64,000 nt of DNA from NCBI GenBank assembly GCA_973895155.1, contig OZ316896.1, forward strand, positions 8,949,539 to 9,013,538, read 5' to 3'. This document shows, piece by piece, positions 38,808 through 48,562 of this stretch. This DNA comes from Marsupella aquatica. Taxonomy: Eukaryota > Plantae > Marchantiophyta. A program made the translations under genes and the position numbers. How positions within the stretch are numbered: the stretch's first letter is position 1; every line of letters starts with the position of its first letter. The notes under the pieces are model-generated. The model made no database searches. It saw only the letters and a list, made by a program, of their open reading frames with translations, and was not told the DNA's origin.

Positions 38808-41800
38808 ATGGATCATACCGGAACTTCAAAGCGGAAAAGAGACTCGTCTAAACCTGCTTCTCAAAAGAAAGCCAAGACAAGAACGACTCCCGTGGAGACA
38901 TCCATACTTGCATATCGAGGAAAGTCAATCAGAGAGAGAACAACGGAGACAAAGAGTATCCATCTCTTTGATTCGACTGAGATATCCGATCTTGGAATAG
39001 TCGTTGACAATGGGGCTGTCCGTCGTGTGGTGGCAAAAAATGATAAAGCTACAGTTTTGGAGAGATCACAAATTCTTGGGTGTTTGTTTGAGAAGAGCAT
39101 GAAAGTGAAAGAGTGTATAGAAGGATTGGTTCTGCTAGTCAGCGACGACCAGCAGGATGACAAAATAAACATTTGTTTGGATCGAACGCAATATGTAACC
39201 TTCAATCAGTCCAGAATCGATGATCTTCTAGGTGCAAGGCACGCTTTGGAAAAGGTTACTAGTGTGGGATACCCTTCCGATCCAGAGGGATCAACGGGAG
39301 ATTTGATTTGTCAATACATTATTGATGTACTTGAGTTCCAGAGAGTTCCTTTCAACCAGGGATTTTGCTTGGGAAAGGCCCCCCCAGTGACCAAGGTTGA
39401 AGTATACTCGGCGGAGAATCTTTCGAAAGTCATTACCTCAGCGAATGTCGGGGCTCTGTTCGATTCTTTCCTCAAAGAATATAGTGCTGTGAATATATTT
39501 AACAGCAAGTCATTTTTTGTTGAGACATCACGTTGTCATCTTGCACCGGACCACATCAAGTGCCGAGAGTGGAATCAGGATTACACAGATAGGCTAAAGA
39601 ATTCACTCCTCTCTCATTCGGCTATAAAGTTCGAAAAGCGATGCTACTTTTTAGTCCCTGTGAAGTGGGTTCAGTCGGAGGCCGACAGAGATCCCAACTA
39701 CAATGGGACACCCTACGATTCGGCGCCAACGGAGGAGGACATTATGACCAGTCATTTTTGGATACTCGGAGGCCAGCACACAATAATGGCGTACAAATTG
39801 CTGAGGATGGACGACAAAGTCAGCCAAGTTGTTCGGGACGCATGCGGTACAGTAGAAGCTGTAATGTTTTGGGCAACTCTCAACAACGACAATAATGTTC
39901 ATTTGATGGGACTATCGAAGGCTCTGAACCACTGTCATCAAACATCAATGGAAGAAGGATAGTTTCTCACCATTGTACCTCAGTGTCGTAATATCTGGAA
40001 CTCATTCGGGCGGCCTAGATCACATTATCGTCATCCAAATTGGAAGGTATATAAATAACCATCTTCCCTAAACCCTAAACATTATCTTTTAAATGTTTTC
40101 TCACGCAAACGGTCGCGTCAATCTTAGAATATTCATGTTTCCATTGTTTTTCAGGTATTTATGAGAGCTACGAGTTTTGTTTGCCCATGGGCTCAAATGG
40201 GGAAGAACGAAATGATGAAATTTGGAGAATTGGCTCCATTTCTCTTTACAATGGAGGACGAAACATTCAAGAAGTGGATGGAGGTCTACGAACTATCAAG
40301 GACAGGAGAGCTTGTAATTTACAACGGAATTTTACAGAGAGACGCCGTCAAAATTGCGGATAATCCATGTGCTTATCATCTCCTTAAGAAGACGTTCCGT
40401 TCTTGTCAAGGGTGCTCGGACTCGGTTCTTCGAAAGGCAGCGGAATATATGTTGAGCGGAAGACTGTCTATACTCAAAAACCGAAGCATCAAAGTGAAAT
40501 CTGGGAAGGCGAGGAAGTCCTCTGAGGCTCCGGTGTTGTCAACGACCATCATGAGTTTGGAGCAATTCTGTATAAAGAAGAAGACGAAAGTTGAGTTTGA
40601 GATTTTATTATTGAGTAAACTCAACGGGGATACATCCACCCGGACGGAGCTGAAAAGTCTGACAGATTCAGCGCGGAAATTGCGGGTCAACGGAATGATT
40701 GATCGCTTTAAGCTCGACAAGATGGTGCTGAAGCAGTTGAGAGATGCGTTGAGTGGTTATCTGAAGAAGTGCTTAAATGTAAATATTAGTAATGATAATT
40801 TGTTGAAGGAGATAGACCCGATATTCTACAGGTTGGTGGAAGGAATACAGAAATCAGTTGATAGTCAAGGAAACCAACTAGTGCGGCCGGTCGGTGAGAG
40901 GCTGAAATTGCGATCTCTGCAGGATATACAAAATGCTGGGTTTGCAGACTGTATCATACGTGAAGACAAGAACCTTGCGAGCTTGATTTATTTTGATTCC
41001 TCATCAATGGGAGATTTGCGTCCGCCAAATTGCTCATTCTATGAGGGGTTATTTTGTGCTACTAGCGAGATAGGGGCAAAACCACACCATGTGGTTATTA
41101 TTGTAGCCTCTCCCGTTGAGTCTTATTTAATCAAACGGGAATTAGGGAAGTACACACACTACGTTGCTGTCGATAACCATTATATTCAAAAGCGGCCAAA
41201 GGAGAAGAAGCTTATTGTAACCTACGCTTTTCACAGCTTGGCCTTCAGCACAATGGGCGATCCACAAGCCCTCGAGTTCCAGTTGGTCTCCAAATATCGG
41301 ATTGATAAGATAGCCAATTTTGAAGAGAGCGGCGAGTTTACGACACCTTCCCCAGAAAAGATACTTCCATTCTTTGAAAGTATTGTTAGTCAATTCGTCC
41401 AATGTGGGGAATGGGCTATATGCTTCGGCGAGGGAACGAACTTGATCCAGTGCCTAATGGTAAGTTTTGAGATTTATATTTTGGGGTTTCGATTTTAAGA
41501 TTATTTGGATTTTCATATTCTCAATTAATATTGTGAACTAATTTCGGCTTGTTTTACAGGATGCTGGATCCAATGTAAAATATTACTGCCCTGTGGCAAC
41601 GCATAAGGAGTTGTCTTGTTTCTTGCAACACACCACGGCGACAATTGATACAACGCTGTCATTGATTGACCCAATACGGGCTAGTATAGAAAAATGTATA
41701 GATAAATTAATGAAGTACCGTCCATCCGTAACTGCTCTCAGGGCTGATGTCTTGGATGTCCTCCACGAACAACATATCCCAGATAATATTTGTAATCAAT

Positions 41801-43697
41801 TATTGCAAGAGTATGCCCTCTCTGAAGATTCCAATCGATTGTACATTCGACCAACGGAGTACCCTCGTGGGCCATTCCAAGGTAGGTTACTTTTGAACCC
41901 TCTTACTTTTTCTTGGGTCACGCAAACATGCGCGTGGACATTCTCAACATTTCTTTCTAATCTAATGATCTGATTTTCTTCAGATCAAGTCGAACGCGGC
42001 TCCAATGTTGAGGATGCAGGGAGCAATGGTGATGCGGATGGTGAGGGGGAAGGAGACGCGGAAGGTGACGCGGATGGGGATGTCAATGACCAAGATCCAG
42101 AGTGGATGACCGATACCCAGAACGACGTCGGATATTCTGACAAAAGCGAGGAAGAGAGTGACGGAGAGGAGATGAAGGACGTTGAGGATGATGAGGACGC
42201 TGAGGACGCTGAGGACTCTGAGGACGCTGAGGACTCTGAGGACGCTGAGGACTCTGATGAAGAGGCCACAAAGGGCCTTGTCATGAGGCGGACCAAGAGG
42301 AGGCGGCCCGGCAGGAGGACGCCCGGCAGGAGGCGGCCCGGCAGGAGGCGGCCCAGCAAGAGGAGCTTCAAAAGAAAGAGGCGGTCCGACAAGAGGCGGC
42401 CCGGCAAGAGGCGGCCCGGAAGGAGGAAGCCCGGCAGGAGGAGGCGACCCGGCAGGAGGAGGCCCGGCAAGAGGAGGCCCGACAAGAGGAGGCCCGACAA
42501 GAGGCGGCCCGGCAAGAGGAGCTTCAAAAGAAGGAGGCTAAGAAGAAAAAGGCGGCAGCTAGAAAAGCAACTGCCACAAAGAAGAAGGAAAAAGCCGACG
42601 CTGAGAAAGCCCAGGCGGAAAAAGCCCAGGCTGAAAAAGACCAGGCGGAGAAAGCCGAGGCTGAGAAAGCCAAGGCTGAGAAATCCCAGGCTGAAAAAGA
42701 CCAGACGGAGAAAGCCGAGGCCGAGAAAGCCGAGGCCGAGAAAGCCAAGGCCGAGAAAGCGGAGGCGGAGAAAGCCCAGGCTGAGAAAGCCCTTTTAGTG
42801 ACCGAGGAAAATAGGGCCGAGGCGGAGAGAGCCGAGGCGGAGAGGCTGCTGGCCAAGAGGATGGCGGACCAGAGCGAACAGACCGCAAGACCGGAGAGGG
42901 AGGAGGCGGAGGAGGCACAAAAGGTTGATTCCGCAAGACTGGAGAGAGAAGATACCGCAAGACTGGAGAGGGTGGAGGCGGAGAAGGTAGAGGCAGCGAG
43001 GAGGGAGGCCGAGAGGGCCAAGGATCTTTCGCTTATTCCTGAAGCACAACGTCTACCGAAAATAAAGCTGAATTTGAAGAAGCCTTCTTCACCCTCGGTT
43101 GCAGTTAAGAAGAAAATATTAGACTATTTTCTTCGGCCGGAGTTTGAGTTTAACGATCCACCCTTAAGAACGGTCTCGTTGGATGATTGGAATAAATATT
43201 CACCGGAGCAGCTCCGAGTCCAGGCTATCTTGGCTTTGCAATATTGGAAGGGTCTTTTGATTACCGAGGAGAAGACTTCCACTGCATCCAGAATGGAGAC
43301 AATCATCAATAATGTCCGATTTTCCGAGAATCGAGTGCAAGACCTGGGAATATCTCTGGCACCAGACTCGGCTCAAGTCGTTAAGAGACTAACAGCTGAG
43401 TTGATGCGACCGGGTTCGTGGTCTCGACCCCGATATACTGCAGAGGTCACTCGCGCGGAAATTGTGGCCCCGGATATTTTGGAATCGGATTCCCAGATTG
43501 TTGAATATTTAAATCAAATGCCACAACCATTCGAAGGTCTTCCTGCCTCATCGCTACAACCTTCGCAAACTGGTCCGTTGGAGCGATCACTGCGGTCTCG
43601 AGGAGGGTTGAAGGATGTTGTTGCGAAGGAGGCACCCAAGAGATCAGCTGTGAAAAGGCCGGATCCACCCAATCCAAAGGTCATCCGCAAGCTATAA
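38808..43697 (+). pseudogene. Large spliced protein: ParB/Srx-like domain + degenerate beta-class N4C/N6A MTase fold + acidic tract + EAARQ/AEK coiled-coil repeats
   Basis: FWILGGQH at ~39760; EKILPFFESIVSQFVQCGEWAICFGEG at ~41355. Frame-preserving introns 40047-40154, 41460-41559 and ~41882-41983. Stop at 39960 and frameshift at ~42280. Collinear similarity to the element B gene. Confidence 0.65.
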
Positions 43698-43829
43698 GCT
43701 TAAAGTTTCTATTATAACAGTCATTATTTTATTATTGATTTGTTATTGTTTCTGTTTTCTGAGGTAGAACCCTTAGGCTACAACCTCAGTACGTTATTTG
43801 AAGGCGTACTGAACCTCTGTTTTTTGCAG

Positions 43830-45605
43830 TTTTTTGAAAATTTGGCTAGTCGAATAGATCAATGCCTTGATCCTTCTAAGGATATGGAAGAGCTATTGAC
43901 CAAGTTCTTACAACACTCGATCAAGAGAAAACATATGATGTGTCTGAGACCACGCGAGTTGCTCACTGATGATATAATTAACGCTTATTTGAGTTTTCTC
44001 GAACTGATTCTCGATAGAGTTGGAAAGTCAGACCTTGTCAAATTCTTCCAAACACACCATTTTGAGCTTCTCTCCATGGATCCTACCATTTTCGATGAGA
44101 GAGCATCTTGGACAAAGGAGTTTCCGCTGAGAATCAATGAATACGACAAACTGGTCTTTCCAGTACACAATGCCGTGAAAGAACATTGGTCATTGGTAGT
44201 TGTGTATCCGAAGGAGAAACGGCTCGAGTATCTAGATTCCCTAGTTCATAATCGACAGAATCCTGGGGTGCTAGATATTGTTGGGAAGTATTACGCCGAC
44301 GAAATTGGCTGGAGAACTGGTGTCAACTTGGATCTCTCAGGTTGGGAACGGATATATCGGAATGATATTCCTCACCAGAGTGACGGGCATAGTTGTGGTG
44401 TGTTTATCTTGAGATTCGCCAAGTGCTTGTGTCAAGGAAACGAAATTAATTTTTCCGCGGATCAAATTGAGAAATTCCGTAGGGAGATAGTCTTGTCGTT
44501 ATTTGACATGGACTTCCGCAAGCCGACGTCCGCAAATAACCTAGTTATCGGGATCCGTGCTGCTATGATTGACATTGGCGGAATTGAAGTACTGAACGAC
44601 CGTCTTGTACAGGTAATACACTTCATTTCAGTATCTCTTTGTAGTCACGCGACCATTCGCGTTATAAACTTATTTTCATTTCTTAATGTTTTACAGAAAC
44701 CTATCCTGAAACCCCTTGATCGAGTATCGAAGGCACCAGTTTGGAAGTCCGATGATCGTCGTCTGGAGGCGGGAAACAAACAGACCGTTCTAGTCTGTTC
44801 TCCAAACCCTACGACACAAAAGTCACAGGTACAGATGGCGCCTAAACCATCGGCGCAGAAGTCACCGGTTCAGAAGAGACTTGTAATTTTTGATCTGAAT
44901 CGGGTACTTATCTGGTCAGAGAAGATCATCCCTGGGATGCCCATTCGGTCAAGGGGGGTGAGACACATGTACAAGGTTATCTATCCAAGGCCTGATTTAA
45001 TGGAATTTCTTCAGAAGGTGGCAGATCTATACGACATTGCGATCTGGTCATGCATGATGAAACGGAATATTCTATCTTGTTTAAGGCTGATACTTCGACC
45101 CGAAGTTTTGAAACGTATTAAATTTATATGGGGACAAGAATCAACTCGACCTATTGGGAAGAATAATAATGACATCCCCTTATTTGTCAAATGTCTCTCT
45201 GACATTGCCGCCGATATTAAAGATTACAACATCGAAAATGTCATTCTTATCGATGATGCTGCATATAAGACGAGCCTTAATAACTTCTACTCATCGTTGT
45301 ATCCCGATGCATATTCTGGGCTCGATGATGACATATTTTTTAGAAAGAAACTATATCCATATCTATGCGACATGTCAATTGACAAGTTGACATTTCGCCG
45401 GCTCCTTAGTGACCATGGGATTCCAACGTTCTCTCGCGAGAATCTTGAGAAAGATTATATTGATAAGGCGAATCTTTGGAGGAGAAATGTGATCATTCGT
45501 AATCAGGGGAATAAAGACCATTTAGAAAATTTTGACGAATATATGAAATACTTATCTGCCGAAAAAGACCGTACTATAGAAGCCCGGGATAAGTCCGATA
45601 AGTAA
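43830..45605 (+). CDS. Ulp1/SENP (peptidase C48) domain fused to an FCP1/NIF HAD-like domain
   Basis: LTDDIINAY, EHWSLVV, YLDS and HQSDGHSCGVF give an intact H-D-C triad. LVIFDLNRVL, RPDL.EFL, IAIWS and ILIDD follow. Likely in-frame intron ~44613-44696 and AG acceptor at 43829. Confidence 0.88.
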   Translation, partial: FFENLASRIDQCLDPSKDMEELLTKFLQHSIKRKHMMCLRPRELLTDDIINAYLSFLELILDRVGKSDLVKFFQTHHFELLSMDPTIFDERASWTKEFPLRINEYDKLVFPVHNAVKEHWSLVVVYPKEKRLEYLDSLVHNRQNPGVLDIVGKYYADEIGWRTGVNLDLSGWERIYRNDIPHQSDGHSCGVFILRFAKCLCQGNEINFSADQIEKFRREIVLSLFDMDFRKPTSANNLVIGIRAAMIDIGGIEVLNDRLVQVIHFISVSLCSHATIRVINLFSFLNVLQKPILKPLDRVSKAPVWKSDDRRLEAGNKQTVLVCSPNPTTQKSQVQMAPKPSAQKSPVQKRLVIFDLNRVLIWSEKIIPGMPIRSRGVRHMYKVIYPRPDLMEFLQKVADLYDIAIWSCMMKRNILSCLRLILRPEVLKRIKFIWGQESTRPIGKNNNDIPLFVKCLSDIAADIKDYNIENVILIDDAAYKTSLNNFYSSLYPDAYSGLDDDIFFRKKLYPYLCDMSIDKLTFRRLLSDHGIPTFSRENLEKDYIDKANLWRRNVIIRNQGNKDHLENFDEYMKYLSAEKDRTIEARDKSDK

Positions 45606-45730
45606 ACATTTATTGTTTATTTTCAATTATTATTTATAAATTGATTGAAATTGAACTTTTGGGAGTGACGCGCCCGGTCGCGTGGTTGTTTGCAATTGCA
45701 TAATATGAGAATCGACTTGTTCATTTACAG

Positions 45731-46438
45731 GTGTCTAAGTGGAGCAGGTCGCGTCAACTTCTAGTTTTAGGACTGGAAAACTTCCTATGCTCTGTTTCAA
45801 AATATACTCCTCAGCTTAAGTCGACACCCGGAATTTGTATCGAATCTCTATGTGTCGTTCCGAGGCTGCATCTTCATGATCTTATAAAATTCTATTATGA
45901 TCATTTTGATGTGATGGTCTGGTCTATTCTCGACGATAAACTGGTTTATCAGATACTTTCAAAAGTGTTGTCGAGCACCGACCTGTCGCAGCTGATATAT
46001 GTGTTCACGCGGGATCATTGCTGGAATCTTGGTTATGTGAAGAAAAATTATAAGACTGTTGTCTTCAAATCTATCGAGAGACTACGTGATATGTTTCAAG
46101 ATTATCGACCAGAGAATATAATCCAGATTGATGCCTCTCCTTCCCATACATGCCACAGCGCTGTATGCGGATTATTGTTCGCTAAGTCGTTTCAAGGATC
46201 GTTGGATGATGTCTTTTTGAGGGATGACCTCATTCCATATTTACGAAAGCTATGGGATTCAGGGCTCTATCTTGCATTCGCTAACAAGTTCGATTATCCC
46301 ATCTGGTCGATTAGAAATCTACATCGAGATTGGGATCTGAACGAGGATATATGGGAGCATCTGTACGTGCAGAGACATGCGGATCAAGTTCTTATCAAGC
46401 ACTTCAATAGATGTCACTTATCAATGGCCAGAGTGTAG
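45731..46438 (+). CDS. FCP1/NIF-like HAD-fold paralog 2 (catalytic DxD motif lost)
   Basis: LLVLGLENFL, PRLHL, FDVMVWS, ENIIQID. Preceded by an AG acceptor. Confidence 0.75.
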   Translation: MSKWSRSRQLLVLGLENFLCSVSKYTPQLKSTPGICIESLCVVPRLHLHDLIKFYYDHFDVMVWSILDDKLVYQILSKVLSSTDLSQLIYVFTRDHCWNLGYVKKNYKTVVFKSIERLRDMFQDYRPENIIQIDASPSHTCHSAVCGLLFAKSFQGSLDDVFLRDDLIPYLRKLWDSGLYLAFANKFDYPIWSIRNLHRDWDLNEDIWEHLYVQRHADQVLIKHFNRCHLSMARV

Positions 46439-46527
46439 AGGATGTTGGCTGTCTGTAATATTTGACGCGACCATTCGCGTGACTACGTCCATACGGGCTC
46501 ATGCATCTTCTTGTGTTTCTCTACAGG

Positions 46528-47158
46528 AGAATCATTGCAGCAGAGAAAATGGGCTCATAGTTTTAGACGTGGAGCATCTACTCTGTTACACTGCACGGCA
46601 TTCCCGACTGATGGCGGTCTCGACTGGAATTCGGATTGGGAATATATACGTTTTTCCAAGGCCTCATCTTCACGAATTCTTGAGATTCTGTTTTGAGAAG
46701 TTTGATGTAGGGATCTGGTCCTCTCTTGGGAAGAGCCTTTTAGATCAGATTTTAGCATCTATTTTTACTGCGATGGAAATGGCCTCATTTAAGTATATTT
46801 GGGATGAGTCTCATTGTTACTTATTTATACGAAGGCGTATCTGCAGCAAAATATAATGCTTATCGATTCCGATGCATTTCATGCTTGTTTAGATCCTGTT
46901 GTTGGATCATTATTTCCGCCCAAATATTTTGGGTCGGTCGACGACAGTTTCCTGATTAACTTGCTGATTCCGTATCTTAGCAAGCTAGCAAAATCTTGTG
47001 AGCCGCTTGTCATTGCCAATGGAAGAGATTATCCTGATTGGTCAGTTAAATCTATTTTTAGAGATTATGATTATAATCATACTATATGGGAAGACCCTGT
47101 GATTCAGAGGCATGGAGATAGATATCTAGTAGAGCAATTTAACAGACGCCCAATTTAG
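46528..47158 (+). pseudogene. FCP1/NIF-like paralog 3 (frameshift/deletion at ~46825)
   Basis: LIVLDVEHLL, PRPHLHEFL, FDVGIWS, then NIMLIDSD in another frame. Clear similarity to paralog 2. Confidence 0.75.
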
Positions 47159-47451
47159 GACGCTTCCGAAATAATAGTCGGCATGAGATCAGATTAATTT
47201 GTATTATCGTTCTAGAAACGATTTGTAATCTCCCTATATACTGGTTATCATATATAAAGGATCTCAGAGATTTATTTCTCTTTTGTTATTATTTGCGTGA
47301 GCATGTCTCTTGGTCCCGTCAAGTTGGAGTGCGTCAAAAATCTTAGTTGCAGTCATTTTCAGGGTTTCACGCGCAATGACGCGTCATGTCTCCCCCTTTT
47401 TATATTAAAATAATAATATTTAGTGATTTTCAGAATTTCCAAAGTTTGGTT

Positions 47452-47468
47452 TTCCTTAAATTGGGGTT
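47452..47468 (-). repeat. Right TIR of element A
   Basis: TTCCTTAAATTGGGGTT followed by the TTAG TSD. Confidence 0.9.
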
Positions 47469-47472
47469 TTAG

Positions 47473-48356
47473 AGATGTGTAACGTAAATGAGCTTTAGGG
47501 GTGATACCCAAAACTGGGACAACTATGCCTTGACTTGGTACAAGTCTTGGAAGAAGTCGCAAGAGAACTCCTCCTTGCCGTTGACTTGGGAAAACCTAGT
47601 TGAGGGTCTTCGTGCTCATGTCACCACTAAGTACCTAGAGCGGCACGCTTAGAAATGTGTAACGTAAATGAGCTTTAGGGGTGATATCCCGACTACCAGT
47701 TGGTGTGTATCCTGACGGGGCAAGAGACACTACATACACAACTACACAACTTTCTAGTGATTCAGTGTGGCACCATGGGTCATCAAAGTAAGGATTGTTC
47801 CACCAAAGGTGCCAAGCCGAGCAGAGATGGAGGGCAGAAGGGCATTAAGTAAAGCTCTAACCAAAATACCTAGGAGAACTATGCCTTGACTTGGTACAAG
47901 TCTTGGTAAATGAGCTTTAGGGGTGATATCCAAAAGCTAATCACTTATTATCAAAACCAGTTGGTGTGTATCCCGACGGGCAAGAGACCCTACATACACA
48001 ACTGAACAACTTTATAGTGATTCACGTGTGGCGCCATGGGTCATCATTGTAGTAAGGATTGTTCCACCAAAGGTGGCAAGCCGAGCGGAGATGGAGGGCA
48101 GCAGGGCAATAATAAAAGTATTGCTCTGACCGAACCCTTAGTAGTTGATGAGGTCCCTGTAGGGGATATGCCTGTCAGAGAGAAGGTGTTGTTGCGAGAG
48201 AAATTACGTAAGGTTATGACAATAAATCCTGACAAGCCAGTTTTTGTGAATGTCACAAGTTCTAACGGTACTCTGGGTGTTGCGTTGGTGGATACAGGCG
48301 CGGCCGCTTGCTTCATGAGTGGCATCACCTTCGAGTATATAGTGTTTATGGCATGA
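47473..48356 (+). pseudogene. Rearranged Ty3/gypsy gag - Zn-knuckle - aspartic protease fragments
   Basis: Repeated gag piece; CGAMGHHCSKDC knuckle remnant (two copies); ALVDTGAA.CFMS protease motif. Confidence 0.75.
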
Positions 48357-48562
48357 CCTTTGAGTAGTGTTTATGGCATGACTTTGAAGAGGTGTTTGGC
48401 GCTCTACTAACTTGGGTTGGAGCCAAGCAACCAACTCTTCTTGGTAACTACGAGATCGTGATAAGCAAGTCTCGTTTTTGGAATTTCATTGAGCGAATTT
48501 TGGATGGACCCTAGCTAAGAAAATTCACGAGTTCATAATCCTTTGCATAGGTCTCCACAAAA

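Larger units (their letters stand above)
25068..47468. mobile_element. Element A: 22.4-kb giant TIR DNA transposon (DUF7869/Sola-like transposase) with multi-gene cargo
   Basis: Perfect 17-bp TIR AACCCCAATTTAAGGAA. 4-bp TSD TTAG at 25064-25067 and 47469-47472. Joined flanks reproduce the uninterrupted paralog CGCTTAGAAATGTGTAACG at ~47646. Confidence 0.9.

Noticed and set aside
41985-43049. Minus-strand ORFs (LLPGR, SASAF repeats)
   Set aside because: Antisense shadows of the low-complexity plus-strand coding tract.
24915-47655. ~140-bp direct repeats flanking element A read as LTRs
   Set aside because: They are gag-coding fragments of a pre-existing tandem repeat. There are no TG..CA ends, PBS or RT, and the TIR/TSD explains the junctions.
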